64,000 nucleotides of DNA from a virus (taxonomy: Duplodnaviria; Caudoviricetes). Every line of letters begins with the position of its first letter. The first letter of the stretch is position 1. The DNA lies in IMG/VR virus record IMGVR_UViG_3300028591_000109, positions 32,001 through 96,000 of that record. One strand, written 5' to 3'. Below, piece by piece: positions 9,617 to 19,679 of this stretch. The position numbers and the translations under genes were made by a program. The notes beneath the pieces were generated by a model. The model was not told where the DNA came from. It saw only the letters and a program-made list of their open reading frames with translations, and did not search any database.

Positions 9617-10147
9617 ATGAAACAAGAGATTTTAATTGTGCCTTTTATAGGCGACGTGAAAGTGTCGAAGAACACCAACACGGTAACGGTAGACTATGAC
9701 AGGGCTAAATGGGGTGACAAGCTGAAAGGCTATAGGCTGATGGGCAAAGCCAACGAATGGCAGATGGTGGGTGAAGGAGTCCCGCACACCGACCCCAACG
9801 TGTGGAACTGGGAAACCTGCATCTCCGGGCGCATAGACACCGAGTTCGAGTCAGAAGATGAAGTGGCTGTGCTGTGCTTCTTCCTCAGAAAGGCCGGGGT
9901 GAGCTTTATGATATTGGTGGATAACGGCAAAGGGCGCTATCTGTTCATGCGCTGTCTCGATGCGAAGATCAATCTCAGTCCTTTCAGTCAGACTGTAGTA
10001 TTCTCCGGCGACGCCCCATACCCTTTCACCTATTTCGACGGCGAGGTTGAGGAAGCCGGCAGAGCCGTAGACCTGGCAGAAAAGTGTATCGAAGAAGGAC
10101 TTCGGCAAACACAGGTCTGGGAAAACATAATCGGCAGAAATCTCTGA
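9617..10147 (+). CDS. hypothetical protein
   Basis: AGAGCGATATG start. Confidence 0.7.
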   Translation: MKQEILIVPFIGDVKVSKNTNTVTVDYDRAKWGDKLKGYRLMGKANEWQMVGEGVPHTDPNVWNWETCISGRIDTEFESEDEVAVLCFFLRKAGVSFMILVDNGKGRYLFMRCLDAKINLSPFSQTVVFSGDAPYPFTYFDGEVEEAGRAVDLAEKCIEEGLRQTQVWENIIGRNL

Positions 10148-10212
10148 ATAATTTTTAATCCAATTTTTAACAAATTTCTCGCCGCAAGGCGATACAAAAA
10201 ACAAAGAGCGAT

Positions 10213-10374
10213 ATGAAAATAGTAAGATTTGACAGCAAAGGAAACTGCCAGTTCATTTATTTTAACTGGCGCAAGTTTAAGTTTGAAACATCGTGCTGGG
10301 CAAACAGCCTTCAGGGACTGCTCGGCAAGACGAGTGAGAAGAAACATCTGATAATCGGCCTGTGGAATCATTAA
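10213..10374 (+). CDS. small hypothetical protein (53 aa)
   Basis: AGAGCGATATG start; hand-translated. Confidence 0.55.
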   Translation: MKIVRFDSKGNCQFIYFNWRKFKFETSCWANSLQGLLGKTSEKKHLIIGLWNH

Positions 10375-10388
10375 AGGAGGACTGAGCC

Positions 10389-10529
10389 ATGGGAGAAATG
10401 AAATGGAGCTTTAACCTGTTCGGCATCCGTATCGGATGGTACAAACACTTTTCAGCCGTTTGTTACGACCGCAGGAACCGACTCTTGCAAATCGGCAAAC
10501 TGGAAATCTGGTTCTATGGATTGAATTAA
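10389..10529 (+). CDS. small hypothetical protein (46 aa)
   Basis: ATG 3 nt after GGAGGACTGA; hand-translated. Confidence 0.5.
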   Translation: MGEMKWSFNLFGIRIGWYKHFSAVCYDRRNRLLQIGKLEIWFYGLN

Positions 10530-10563
10530 GCGAAGGAAGATAACGACAAAAACAAAGAGCGAT

Positions 10564-10983
10564 ATGGAACAGATTACACTGACAAGAGAAGAACTGCTGG
10601 AGCTGGCGAGGGTGGTGACATCCCACCTCGACGACCGGCTCGTGCCCTACAGCCGCGAAGAACTGCGGGCAATGGCATGGATAGAGGGCTTCATGTTTGC
10701 AAAGCGTCATCAACAGAAGGCCGAAGACGAGAAAGAGCCTGCACCAGCGCCCGCCCCCTGCTGCATACAGGACATCCTGCGCAACGTGGTAAGCGAAATG
10801 CTGAGCTACTGGCTCCTGTGTACCGAAGACTACGGACCCTTCCGTAAGGGCGAGCGCTACTGGCTTGAACTATTGGAGAGTGGCCGTGTCTGCGGGCGCA
10901 GCGACAACATAAAGGGAGAGAAAACCGACATCACCCTCGTCGAGTTACTGAGTTGCTTCGAGGTGACGAACGACAAAGTTTAA
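10564..10983 (+). CDS. hypothetical protein
   Basis: 139-aa ORF, AGAGCGATATG start. Confidence 0.7.
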   Translation: MEQITLTREELLELARVVTSHLDDRLVPYSREELRAMAWIEGFMFAKRHQQKAEDEKEPAPAPAPCCIQDILRNVVSEMLSYWLLCTEDYGPFRKGERYWLELLESGRVCGRSDNIKGEKTDITLVELLSCFEVTNDKV

Positions 10984-11005
10984 CCCTATAAAAACAAAGA
11001 GCGAT

Positions 11006-11482
11006 ATGAGAACAATCAAATTCAGAGGACAAAGGATTGATAACGGGGAATGGGAATATGGCGACCTTGTTCATGATGACATTGGCGGATGCTACGTATT
11101 CCCGACTGAATGCAAAGGTTTATACCGAAACAACGAGGTCGTCTCGCAGTCTGTTGGCCAATTCACTGGTCTGAAGGACAAGAACGGACGCGACATCTAC
11201 GAGGGCGACATACTGCGCTCCGACGACTACCCGTTCTGCGACGACGGCAACGACAACTACATGGGCGTCGTGTTCTGCGCCACAGACGATGCCGTCGGCA
11301 TGTTTCAAGTCATGCTGTTCGTGCTCAAATCATCGGAGAAGAGAGGCATCAGCAGCTTCATCAACAAGTGCTTCTACGACCTTGACCTGACCAAGGTGGA
11401 AGTAATCGGCAACATCTTCGACAACAAAGGACTCTTCCGCGACAGCGACGAGAAAATCCTGAAATGGTATCTGGAGGACTAA
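11006..11482 (+). CDS. YopX family protein
   Basis: MRTIKFRG...W.YG...VGQFTGLKDKNG.DIYEGDIL...EVIGNIFDN. Confidence 0.9.
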   Translation: MRTIKFRGQRIDNGEWEYGDLVHDDIGGCYVFPTECKGLYRNNEVVSQSVGQFTGLKDKNGRDIYEGDILRSDDYPFCDDGNDNYMGVVFCATDDAVGMFQVMLFVLKSSEKRGISSFINKCFYDLDLTKVEVIGNIFDNKGLFRDSDEKILKWYLED

Positions 11483-11498
11483 CTCTCAACTCTGAACT

Positions 11499-12575
11499 AT
11501 GAACTATGAACTGAAGTCCATCCCCCAGTCCTGGAGCGAGCTCTCCTGGCAGCAGCTCTGCGGCTGCTGGCGGGCAAAGATGCGCTACGGCGGCAATGCC
11601 GACGTGGCACGCGCCGCCGGGCTGCTGGCCGTCTGCGGGCTGACCGTGGATGGCCGCGAGCCCGCCGACACCCGGACCGGCGAGAGCATCTACCGCCTGA
11701 AGGACCGGGACGGGCAGACGTGGACGGCGACGGCCCGCGAACTCGCACACCTCGCACGGCAGACGATGCCGTGGTTCGACTGGCCCTATGGTGACCAGGG
11801 CGACAAGGAAGAGCGCGACGAACAGGACAAGGTAATCCGCGAGCGCCGCGAGGGACATCCGGGTTACGTCAACCGCAACCAACAAGACTGGCGGGACGCC
11901 ATGGTGCTACAGGAAGAGACGGTCGAGGTGGCAGGTGTCACCTTCGCCCTGCCGCAGGGCGCATGCTCCAACATCACCTGGCACCAATACCGCTCGCTGC
12001 AGGCCATCGCGCCGCAGCTGTGGCAGGACGGACTCACCGACGACGAGGCACGCTCGCTTCACGCACAGTTTCTGGCCTACATCCTCGTGCCCGCCCCGCC
12101 GACGGCAGACACCGGCGACCGCTTTCACACCCGTCCCTCGTTCCGCTATGATGCCGAGCGGGCCGAAGCCAGCGTCCAGTTCTGGGAAGAGCGTTTGCGA
12201 GTTGAGAGTTTAGAGTTGAGAGTTGAGAGTTCTGACCGCAACGGGAGCGCGGGAGCAAATTCTTCACTCTTCACTCTTCACTCTTCACTTATACTCTTCC
12301 ACATCTGCTTCCAGGTATGGCAGACAGCGGTGGCGAACTTCTACCCCTCCGTGTTCCCCCTCCTCTTCGGCGGCGGCAAGAGCGACCCCCTGCACACCGC
12401 CCTCACCGGCGAGACAGACACCATCAATGCCGTGATGAAGTACCAGGGCTACAGCTCGCCCGAGCAGGTCTATAACACCGAACTGCCCATCATCCTCGGC
12501 ACGCTGAACACGATGAGTAAAGAGGCAAAGGAGATTGAGAAGATAAAGTCGCAGAGCCACAGAGGGAGGAAGTGA
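11499..12575 (+). CDS. hypothetical protein, possibly virion-assembly related, with in-frame repeat insertion
   Basis: IPQSWSELSWQQL N-terminus; heptamer-repeat insert at 12199-12290. Confidence 0.7.
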   Translation: MNYELKSIPQSWSELSWQQLCGCWRAKMRYGGNADVARAAGLLAVCGLTVDGREPADTRTGESIYRLKDRDGQTWTATARELAHLARQTMPWFDWPYGDQGDKEERDEQDKVIRERREGHPGYVNRNQQDWRDAMVLQEETVEVAGVTFALPQGACSNITWHQYRSLQAIAPQLWQDGLTDDEARSLHAQFLAYILVPAPPTADTGDRFHTRPSFRYDAERAEASVQFWEERLRVESLELRVESSDRNGSAGANSSLFTLHSSLILFHICFQVWQTAVANFYPSVFPLLFGGGKSDPLHTALTGETDTINAVMKYQGYSSPEQVYNTELPIILGTLNTMSKEAKEIEKIKSQSHRGRK

Positions 12576-12627
12576 GTTATTGACGGAAAGAAATTATCAG
12601 AAATTACCATTTATTATTTATAGCGAT

Positions 12628-13536
12628 ATGAACAAAGACAAAAATCTCTACAAGATTGAGAACAAGCTCGGCATATTCTACATCGTAGCCGAAACGTTCG
12701 ACGAAGCCGCCAACGAACTGAAGGCGCGGCTCGACCAGGCCGACTACGGCTTCTTCCAGTACCGCGACATCCCGTCAATCGAGCACGTCGCCACGCAGTC
12801 GTTCTATATTGACGGCTCGAAGCAGTCGTTCTCCGACAGCAAGCCCAACCTCATTATCTCAGGCAGCGACCCAATCTGCCAGCGCGAGTTTGCCGAGCAG
12901 ATGGCTTTGAAGTGCGAGGAATATGAGAAGCTGAAGCATGACTATGACCAGATGGCGGCAGACCTGGCCGATGCCAACGAGCAACTGCTGAAGATGCAGG
13001 CCGAGGCAGAAAAGAAGCAGGAGGTGTATGACGACTACGTGGCCAAGGCAGAGAAAGCCTACGGCGACCTGCTCGACGAGAACCGACGGCTGGCAGAATC
13101 GACGGACGAACAGGAAAGTCTGCAGCATCTACAGCAGAAACTGGACGATGCGCTGGCTGAGAACCGCCAGCTGCACGAGCGGTTGAGCGGCGTGACCGCC
13201 ACTACTGGCTCCTACATGATAGCCGTGGAGCGCGAGCGGCAGGTAAAAGACGAAGGCTACAATGCCGAGCACGACCAGGCGCATGAGCCGATGACGCTGG
13301 CAAGAGCCGCCGTGAGCTATATCCTCTGCAACGACGAGAAGAAGCGCAAGATTGCCAAGACTACATACTGGCCGTGGGAGGACAAGTACTACAAGCCGCG
13401 CGACATGAAGCGCAATCTCATCCGCGCCGGTGCTCTCGTAGCTGCCGCCATCGACCGTCTGCTGGCCGAGGACATCCAGTCGCCCGTCGAGCCGTGCGAC
13501 AAATGTCCAGACGAAGTATCTCCCGATAATTTTTAA
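12628..13536 (+). CDS. coiled-coil phage protein
   Basis: Central coiled coil; C-terminal ERERQ..EG...EHD...WPW...RNLIRAGAL domain common in phages. Confidence 0.75.
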   Translation: MNKDKNLYKIENKLGIFYIVAETFDEAANELKARLDQADYGFFQYRDIPSIEHVATQSFYIDGSKQSFSDSKPNLIISGSDPICQREFAEQMALKCEEYEKLKHDYDQMAADLADANEQLLKMQAEAEKKQEVYDDYVAKAEKAYGDLLDENRRLAESTDEQESLQHLQQKLDDALAENRQLHERLSGVTATTGSYMIAVERERQVKDEGYNAEHDQAHEPMTLARAAVSYILCNDEKKRKIAKTTYWPWEDKYYKPRDMKRNLIRAGALVAAAIDRLLAEDIQSPVEPCDKCPDEVSPDNF

Positions 13537-13588
13537 CCCAATTTTTAACCAATTTCCCTGCGAAAGCAGGCAAAAACAAAAGAGCGAT

Positions 13589-13858
13589 ATGGCAGACAAT
13601 AGAATGTACCTCAGATGTAAGGGATGCGGAGCAGAGATGATGCTCGCGAAAATGGGAGGGATTTGGATGGACTGGTTTTTCGTAAAAACCAACGGGGCCA
13701 AAGGCAGGGAACTGAGCGAGTTCCTTGAAGCCCACAGCCACTGTTGCGATGATGTCGATCCCGACCTGCTCGACTGGAAAGACTGGCGACAGGCACGGCC
13801 CTTCGAGCTCGTCTATGAGAACGACGACGACTGGCAAAAGAAGAAATCCCTAAAGTAA
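13589..13858 (+). CDS. hypothetical protein with CxxC
   Basis: YLRCKGCG; AGAGCGATATG start. Confidence 0.7.
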   Translation: MADNRMYLRCKGCGAEMMLAKMGGIWMDWFFVKTNGAKGRELSEFLEAHSHCCDDVDPDLLDWKDWRQARPFELVYENDDDWQKKKSLK

Positions 13859-13899
13859 CTGACAGACGAATCACACATTTAATTATTTATAAGAGCGAT

Positions 13900-14379
13900 A
13901 TGAATAAGGAACCAATACCAATGCCGACAAGCAATCGGATTGTTCAGATTCTGACAAAGAAGAAGCAGCTCTATGCCATCGCCCCTGACGAGCACAATGC
14001 GCAGGTGGAAGCCGAGCGCAGGGCCTATCACGAGCGGCGGTGCCGCGAGAGCGAGGGCTACAAGCGGGTGTACGAGTACATCACCGGGGCGTTTCAGAGG
14101 GTGCGCGAGCAAGTGAGCCAGGGGCTTACGATGACGCAGCAGACCATGCAGCAATGCAATGCGGACACGACGGGCGCAACGACACCCAATGAAGGCACCG
14201 CCCCGAAGGTGGACTCCCTCTCCAGTCTCTTTGCCGTCGGCATCCTCGGCTGGATGCTTGGCATCCCCATCGGCGACCCTGAATTCCGGCTCGACATGGA
14301 GGCCGACAAGGAATACATCGAAGAATATGTCAAGGCCGAGACCGAGTTCATCCACCGTCTCGTGCCGGAGGTAAGGTAA
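13900..14379 (+). CDS. hypothetical protein
   Basis: 159-aa ORF, AGAGCGATATG start. Confidence 0.7.
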   Translation: MNKEPIPMPTSNRIVQILTKKKQLYAIAPDEHNAQVEAERRAYHERRCRESEGYKRVYEYITGAFQRVREQVSQGLTMTQQTMQQCNADTTGATTPNEGTAPKVDSLSSLFAVGILGWMLGIPIGDPEFRLDMEADKEYIEEYVKAETEFIHRLVPEVR

Positions 14380-14400
14380 CAGACAAAAGACAATGCAACA

Positions 14401-15357
14401 ATGATTGAACCCGACAACATTTACAACATGGACTGCCTCGAAGGGCTGCGGCAGATGGAGGACGAGACGGTGGACTGCTGCGTTACGTCGCCGCCCTACT
14501 TCGCCCTGCGCGACTACGGCTGCGAGGGGCAGATAGGACTGGAGCAGTCGCCGGAGGAGTACATCGCCCGGCTCTGCGACGTGTTCCGCGAGGTGCTGCG
14601 CGTGATGAAGCCCGAGGCGACGTGCTGGGTGGTCATCGGCGACACCTACAACTGTTACCGTGGTGCCACCACCCGCCAATATTACGACACGAAGTTCGCT
14701 GGAGAAAGCGGGCACCCTGCCCGTCCATCGGGCTTCGGGCTGGAATGCAAGAATCTGAAAGACAAAGACCTGATAGGCATACCATGGATGCTGGCCTTTG
14801 CCCTGCGCGGCATGGGCTTCTATCTGCGGCAGGACATCATCTGGCAGAAGCCGAACCCGATGCCGGAGAGCGTGAAGAACCGCTGTACCAAGTCGCACGA
14901 GTACATCTTCCTGCTTACCAAGCAGCCGCGCTACTACTTCAGCGTAGATGCGCTGCGCGAGCCTGCCAATACCGGCATCCGTGCCCACGAGTACAACCAC
15001 CGAAAGGTGAAATTTACCGTGCCAGGGCACCGCCAGATGCAGTTCCGTGGCGGCAATCAGAGCGACGGCTTCCGCAACAAGCGCGACGTGTGGCAGATAC
15101 TGGTCAAGCCCGGCTATGAGGGCCACCACGCCACCTTCCCCGTGGAGCTGCCCCTGCAGTGCATTGCCCTCGGCTGTCCGCAAGGCGGTCTGGTGCTCGA
15201 CCCTTTCATGGGCACGGCCACCACTGCCGTCGCCGCCTACCGCATCAGCCGCCACTATGTTGGCTTCGAGCTGTCACCCGACTATCACGCTATCTGTCTG
15301 GAGCGCCTGCGCCAGGAGCGACAGCAGCAGCGACTGGAGTTTGATGAGGAAGAATGA
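14401..15357 (+). CDS. beta-class amino-DNA methyltransferase (probably N4-cytosine)
   Basis: TSPPY catalytic motif precedes H.ATFP and DPFMGTAT SAM-binding motif. Confidence 0.92.
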   Translation: MIEPDNIYNMDCLEGLRQMEDETVDCCVTSPPYFALRDYGCEGQIGLEQSPEEYIARLCDVFREVLRVMKPEATCWVVIGDTYNCYRGATTRQYYDTKFAGESGHPARPSGFGLECKNLKDKDLIGIPWMLAFALRGMGFYLRQDIIWQKPNPMPESVKNRCTKSHEYIFLLTKQPRYYFSVDALREPANTGIRAHEYNHRKVKFTVPGHRQMQFRGGNQSDGFRNKRDVWQILVKPGYEGHHATFPVELPLQCIALGCPQGGLVLDPFMGTATTAVAAYRISRHYVGFELSPDYHAICLERLRQERQQQRLEFDEEE

Positions 15358-15432
15358 CAGACAATTTATAACAAGAGAAACAAGAATCAATAACAAGAGT
15401 TTACAACCCTTTAATATTAAATTAACAAAATT

Positions 15433-15873
15433 ATGGAAAATTGGATTTTAGTTAAAAACCTGGAAGGCAAAGATATAAAAGTTCGCCAGAGACGGGCTTA
15501 CGGTGACATCTTTGTTGACGAGCAAGGTAAGGAATACCTGGCGAATGTTCTTGACTTTACCGGCGCACGTCTTGCGATACCCGACTTCAACGAACAGAAT
15601 AAGGAGAGCCTGAATGCGCTGAAGGATATGATGAAGTCGATGGACGCCAAGGCTATTGCCGACCACAAGGCCGTGATTGCCGAGTTCGAGTATTGGAGAA
15701 AGCTGCGTAGTGAAATTTTCATGGAAATGTATCGCGACCACTTGGCCAAAAACGGCAGCAGAATGTCTGAGGACGATCTGCTGAACAAGGCGAAGTACCT
15801 TGTCAATCAGCTATGGCAACAAGACCAGGATTTCATATCTGACAAAAAGGTGTTTCATATTCCTGTCAAATGA
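15433..15873 (+). CDS. hypothetical protein
   Basis: 146-aa ORF, ATGA overlap with the next gene. Confidence 0.7.
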   Translation: MENWILVKNLEGKDIKVRQRRAYGDIFVDEQGKEYLANVLDFTGARLAIPDFNEQNKESLNALKDMMKSMDAKAIADHKAVIAEFEYWRKLRSEIFMEMYRDHLAKNGSRMSEDDLLNKAKYLVNQLWQQDQDFISDKKVFHIPVK

Positions 15874-17516
15874 ATAAAAAATTAACGCGCATGAAACAAA
15901 TAACTGCATTATACATCGACCTGTTCTGCGGGGCAGGCGGCACGTCGAGCGGCGTGGAGTATGCGCGGCTGGACGGGAGGAAGTGCGCCGAGGTGGTGGC
16001 GTGCGTCAACCACGACGCGAATGCCATCAAGTCGCACAAGGCAAACCATCCGCACACGCTCCACTTCACCGAGGACATCCGCACACTGGAGCTGTCGCCG
16101 ATGTTGAAGCATCTGGAGAAGAAGCGCCGGCAGTACCCCAAGGCAAAGGTGGTGCTGTGGGCGAGCCTTGAATGCACGAATTTCTCGAAGGCGAAGGGCG
16201 GACAGCCGCGCGATGCCGACAGCCGGACGCTGGCCGACCACCTGTTTCGCTACATCGAGGCGCTGCAGCCCGACTATATCCAGATTGAGAACGTGGAAGA
16301 GTTTATGTGCTGGGGTGCGCTCGACGAGAACGGCAAGCCCGTGAGCCGCGACCAGGGCAGCGACTACCTGCGGTGGGTGAGACAGGTGCAGGCCTACGGC
16401 TACGACTTCGACTGGCACGTGCTGAACGCTGCCGACTTCGGGGCCTACACAAGCCGTAAGCGCTTCTTCGGGCTGTTTGCTAAGAAGGGACTGCCGATAG
16501 CGTTCCCACATCAGACGTATGCCAAGCAGACCGTGGCTTTTGCGTCGCAGGCCGTCGGCAACCTCTTCCCCGACCAATACAAGCCGTGGCGGGCCGTGCG
16601 CGAGGTGCTCGACCTCGACGACGACGGCGAGAGCATCTTTGTGCGCCGCAAGCCGCTATGCGAGAAGACGCTGGAGCGCATCTATGCCGGACTGGTGAAG
16701 TTCGTGGCGGGAGGCAAGAAGCAGCACGAGGCGTGGATATTGAAGTACAACTCGATGAACCAGCAGAACCACCACAATGCGCCGTCCATCGACGAGCCGT
16801 GCCCCACGGTGGCTTGTCAGAACAGACTCGGACTGGTGAAGTGCCAGTTCCTCTCGAAGCAGTTCAGTGGCGACCCCGACAGCAAGAACATCGACATCGA
16901 GCAGCCCGCCGGCACCGTGACCACCATCGACCACCATGCCTTTGTGACGGCATACTATGGTAACGGATTCAACTCGTCGATTGACAGTCCGGCGCCCACC
17001 GTTACCACCAAGGACCGGATTTCGCTGGTAACGACAAAGTTCATGGATAACCAGTACGGCAAGAGTAAGCCGTCATCTATCGACGGGCCAGCGCCGACGC
17101 TTGTCAACAATCCCAAGCAGAAGATTGTGTCGGCGCAGTACCTGATGAACCCTCAGTACCAGAGCAACGGCGGCAGCATCGACAACCCTTGCTTCACGTT
17201 GATAGCGCGGATGGACAAGATGCCGCCTTATCTGATTACCACCAAGGAGGGTGCGGTGGTCATCGCCATCTATGAGAGCGACAGCCCGTGGACGCGCAAG
17301 GTGAAGGAGTTCATGGCCGCATACGGTATCGTTGACATCTGTATGCGTATGCTGAATATCGGCGAGCTGAAGCGCATCATGGGCTTCCCCACCGACTACG
17401 TGCTCATCGGCACCCAGGCCGAACAGAAGAAATACATCGGCAATGCCGTGGAGGTTAACATGAGCCGCGTGCTCTGCGAAGCCCTATGCAGGAAAATTAA
17501 GAATATGAACAAATAA
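15870..17516 (+). CDS. C5-cytosine DNA methyltransferase with repeated variable region
   Basis: DLFCGAGG (I), SLECTNFS (IV variant), IENV (VI), TSRKRFF (VIII), MGFP (IX), IGNAV (X). Confidence 0.92.
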   Translation: MNKKLTRMKQITALYIDLFCGAGGTSSGVEYARLDGRKCAEVVACVNHDANAIKSHKANHPHTLHFTEDIRTLELSPMLKHLEKKRRQYPKAKVVLWASLECTNFSKAKGGQPRDADSRTLADHLFRYIEALQPDYIQIENVEEFMCWGALDENGKPVSRDQGSDYLRWVRQVQAYGYDFDWHVLNAADFGAYTSRKRFFGLFAKKGLPIAFPHQTYAKQTVAFASQAVGNLFPDQYKPWRAVREVLDLDDDGESIFVRRKPLCEKTLERIYAGLVKFVAGGKKQHEAWILKYNSMNQQNHHNAPSIDEPCPTVACQNRLGLVKCQFLSKQFSGDPDSKNIDIEQPAGTVTTIDHHAFVTAYYGNGFNSSIDSPAPTVTTKDRISLVTTKFMDNQYGKSKPSSIDGPAPTLVNNPKQKIVSAQYLMNPQYQSNGGSIDNPCFTLIARMDKMPPYLITTKEGAVVIAIYESDSPWTRKVKEFMAAYGIVDICMRMLNIGELKRIMGFPTDYVLIGTQAEQKKYIGNAVEVNMSRVLCEALCRKIKNMNK

Positions 17517-17527
17517 AAATTAAGCGT

Positions 17528-18475
17528 ATGAAAATCTTATCAAGACCTAAGAAGAATGCCCAGGAGTATGGCAGATGGGCGGTGAACCCGTACCTCGGAT
17601 GCACGGGAGGCTGCCTATACTGTTACAGGAATACCGGCCCCGGGAAAAAGGTCATCGGAGGTTCGGCAGTCCGGCTGAAGAAAGGTGTGGTGAGTAACAA
17701 CCATGCCTATCACCTGGCGATGGCTGAAATCATCGAGTACAAGGACGAAATCATCCGTGACGGAGGGCTGTTTATGACCTTCACGTCAGATCCCTGTTTG
17801 CCAGAGACCAATAAACTATTCACGCAGATACTTGCAGACTGCATCCGCGACCACGGCATTCCTGTCACGTTACTCACTAAGCATTATGCGGATGTATATT
17901 CGTGGATAAATGAACTGAGAATAGAAATTCACACCTTTTTTGTCGATGGTGGCGAAAGTCCGGCGAGATATAACTGTGACAATCTAAGCCGCCTTGCTAT
18001 CGGCTATACCCTGACGGGTCACGACGAGCTGGAACCTAACGCCCCTTCTAACGCTAATCGCATAAAGGATATGGCGCATATCAAGGACTTTATCGGTGGC
18101 GACAAATTCCACGTCTGGGCCAGCATCGAGCCGGTCATTGACTTCGACTCCAGCTTCCGCATGATACAGCAGGCGCTCGACGCGGGCTGCCGGCACTTCA
18201 AGATCGGACTGATGACCGAGCGCACGAAGGTGTGCCGACGGGGCTTCACGCTGGGCGGCAAGACCTTCGAGCCCTACGACCCCGCCCGCTGCCTGGCCTT
18301 CGTGCAGGACGTGATGCAGCAGACCCGCGGCCGCGCCACCGTCTATTGGAAGCAGTCGTTCCGTGAATTTATCGGCGGCACCGGCAAGCACCGCCTGTTC
18401 ACCGACGACGAGCTGCACAAGATCTTCGACGACTATCCCAATTCCGTCGGCAAGGACTGGAACTTCTGGAAATAA
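17528..18475 (+). CDS. radical SAM protein (SplB/photolyase-like annotation group)
   Basis: NPYLGCTGGCLYCY = CxxxCxxC; FTSDP, LTK and SIEP motifs. Confidence 0.85.
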   Translation: MKILSRPKKNAQEYGRWAVNPYLGCTGGCLYCYRNTGPGKKVIGGSAVRLKKGVVSNNHAYHLAMAEIIEYKDEIIRDGGLFMTFTSDPCLPETNKLFTQILADCIRDHGIPVTLLTKHYADVYSWINELRIEIHTFFVDGGESPARYNCDNLSRLAIGYTLTGHDELEPNAPSNANRIKDMAHIKDFIGGDKFHVWASIEPVIDFDSSFRMIQQALDAGCRHFKIGLMTERTKVCRRGFTLGGKTFEPYDPARCLAFVQDVMQQTRGRATVYWKQSFREFIGGTGKHRLFTDDELHKIFDDYPNSVGKDWNFWK

Positions 18476-18519
18476 AGAATTACATCATCCATCAAACATC
18501 AAACATCAGACATCACATT

Positions 18520-18693
18520 ATGGTACATTTCGGAAAGAAGCAGGACGACGAACTGCAGATCATCGTCACCGGCCAGGACATCGAGGCCCTGCGCCGCATG
18601 ATTGTCTCATCCTCGCTCATGGAGCGCCGCACGTTCTATGGGCTGAAAGAGTACATTGAAACGGAGTATAAGGACATTATCACCAAACAATGA
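18520..18693 (+). CDS. small hypothetical protein (57 aa)
   Basis: Hand-translated MVHFGKKQ...ITKQ*, ATGA overlap with the next gene. Confidence 0.65.
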   Translation: MVHFGKKQDDELQIIVTGQDIEALRRMIVSSSLMERRTFYGLKEYIETEYKDIITKQ

Positions 18694-19085
18694 AAACAAA
18701 AGAACAACTGGAGCGCTGCCGCATGAAGCCTTCACCGACGGCAATGGCAGCAACCGCAGCCCTGGTGGGCTACGAGGGCGGCGAGGGACTACTCACGCCG
18801 CAGTACATCGAAGACGAGCACGGTGTCTATTCCACCGGCATGTTTCTCTACAAAGGCAAGCAGATTATCATCACCATCGACGACGGACTGTGGCACCTCT
18901 CGGCATCGTCGAACCACACGCTGGGCTACTACGAACTGAAGGAACTGCGCTACGAATTCATGCCCGACGACATGACCGTGGCCCAGATATTCCCCCGCCG
19001 CGAGTCGTTCGTCAACCTGCACGAGAACTGCTTCCATCTGTGGCAGCTCCGACCAGGAGCCTACAGCGAGGAGCCAGAGGAATAA
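18690..19085 (+). CDS. conserved phage hypothetical protein
   Basis: WHLS.S......Y.ELK..RY.F.P......FP....FVNLH.NCFHLW pattern. Confidence 0.75.
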   Translation: MKTKEQLERCRMKPSPTAMAATAALVGYEGGEGLLTPQYIEDEHGVYSTGMFLYKGKQIIITIDDGLWHLSASSNHTLGYYELKELRYEFMPDDMTVAQIFPRRESFVNLHENCFHLWQLRPGAYSEEPEE

Positions 19086-19112
19086 GAGTAATAACAACAA
19101 AACAAAACGATT

Positions 19113-19679
19113 ATGAGCACAAAAGCAGCAATCAAGATTACCAAGGGAGGGCGCACGGCGTGGTTCTACCGCCATGCCGAAGGCCACGAGAACGGACTGG
19201 GACTGGAGCTACAGCAGCTTATGGACTCCTCGTCAAGAAGACTCACGCTGTCAAACGTGGTGCAACTGATTATCAAGTCGGTGCCGGAAGTTGAACTGAC
19301 CGACGAGCAGCCTGACTACGTGTACTACGGCTACGTGATGGACCTCGACGCCTGGACGCTGAAATGCTACTACCTTATCGACCAGGCACACCCCGGCTGG
19401 CGCGACGAGAACGAGGTGCCGATACGGCGCGAGAACGGCTTCATAGACCGACTGGTGAAGACCATGCGCGGCAACGAAGACGTGCTGGCCTACTGCGCCG
19501 GCATCGAGCGCGAGGGCAATACCGACTATTTCCACTTCCTCGGCATCGGCGGCGACCGCTGGACCACTCCACTCCGCGAGGCAGACGTGTGCCTGCTGGA
19601 GGACAATGCAGCACTCACCGAGATAAAGCGTATGTTCAGGCAGATGGCAGAGAAGACGAAAAAGGAGGACGGCGTATGA
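19113..19679 (+). CDS. hypothetical protein
   Basis: 188-aa ORF. Confidence 0.75.
   Translation: MSTKAAIKITKGGRTAWFYRHAEGHENGLGLELQQLMDSSSRRLTLSNVVQLIIKSVPEVELTDEQPDYVYYGYVMDLDAWTLKCYYLIDQAHPGWRDENEVPIRRENGFIDRLVKTMRGNEDVLAYCAGIEREGNTDYFHFLGIGGDRWTTPLREADVCLLEDNAALTEIKRMFRQMAEKTKKEDGV

Noticed and set aside
13879-15255. 458-aa minus-strand ORF
   Set aside because: Antisense to a clear methyltransferase; no recognisable motifs
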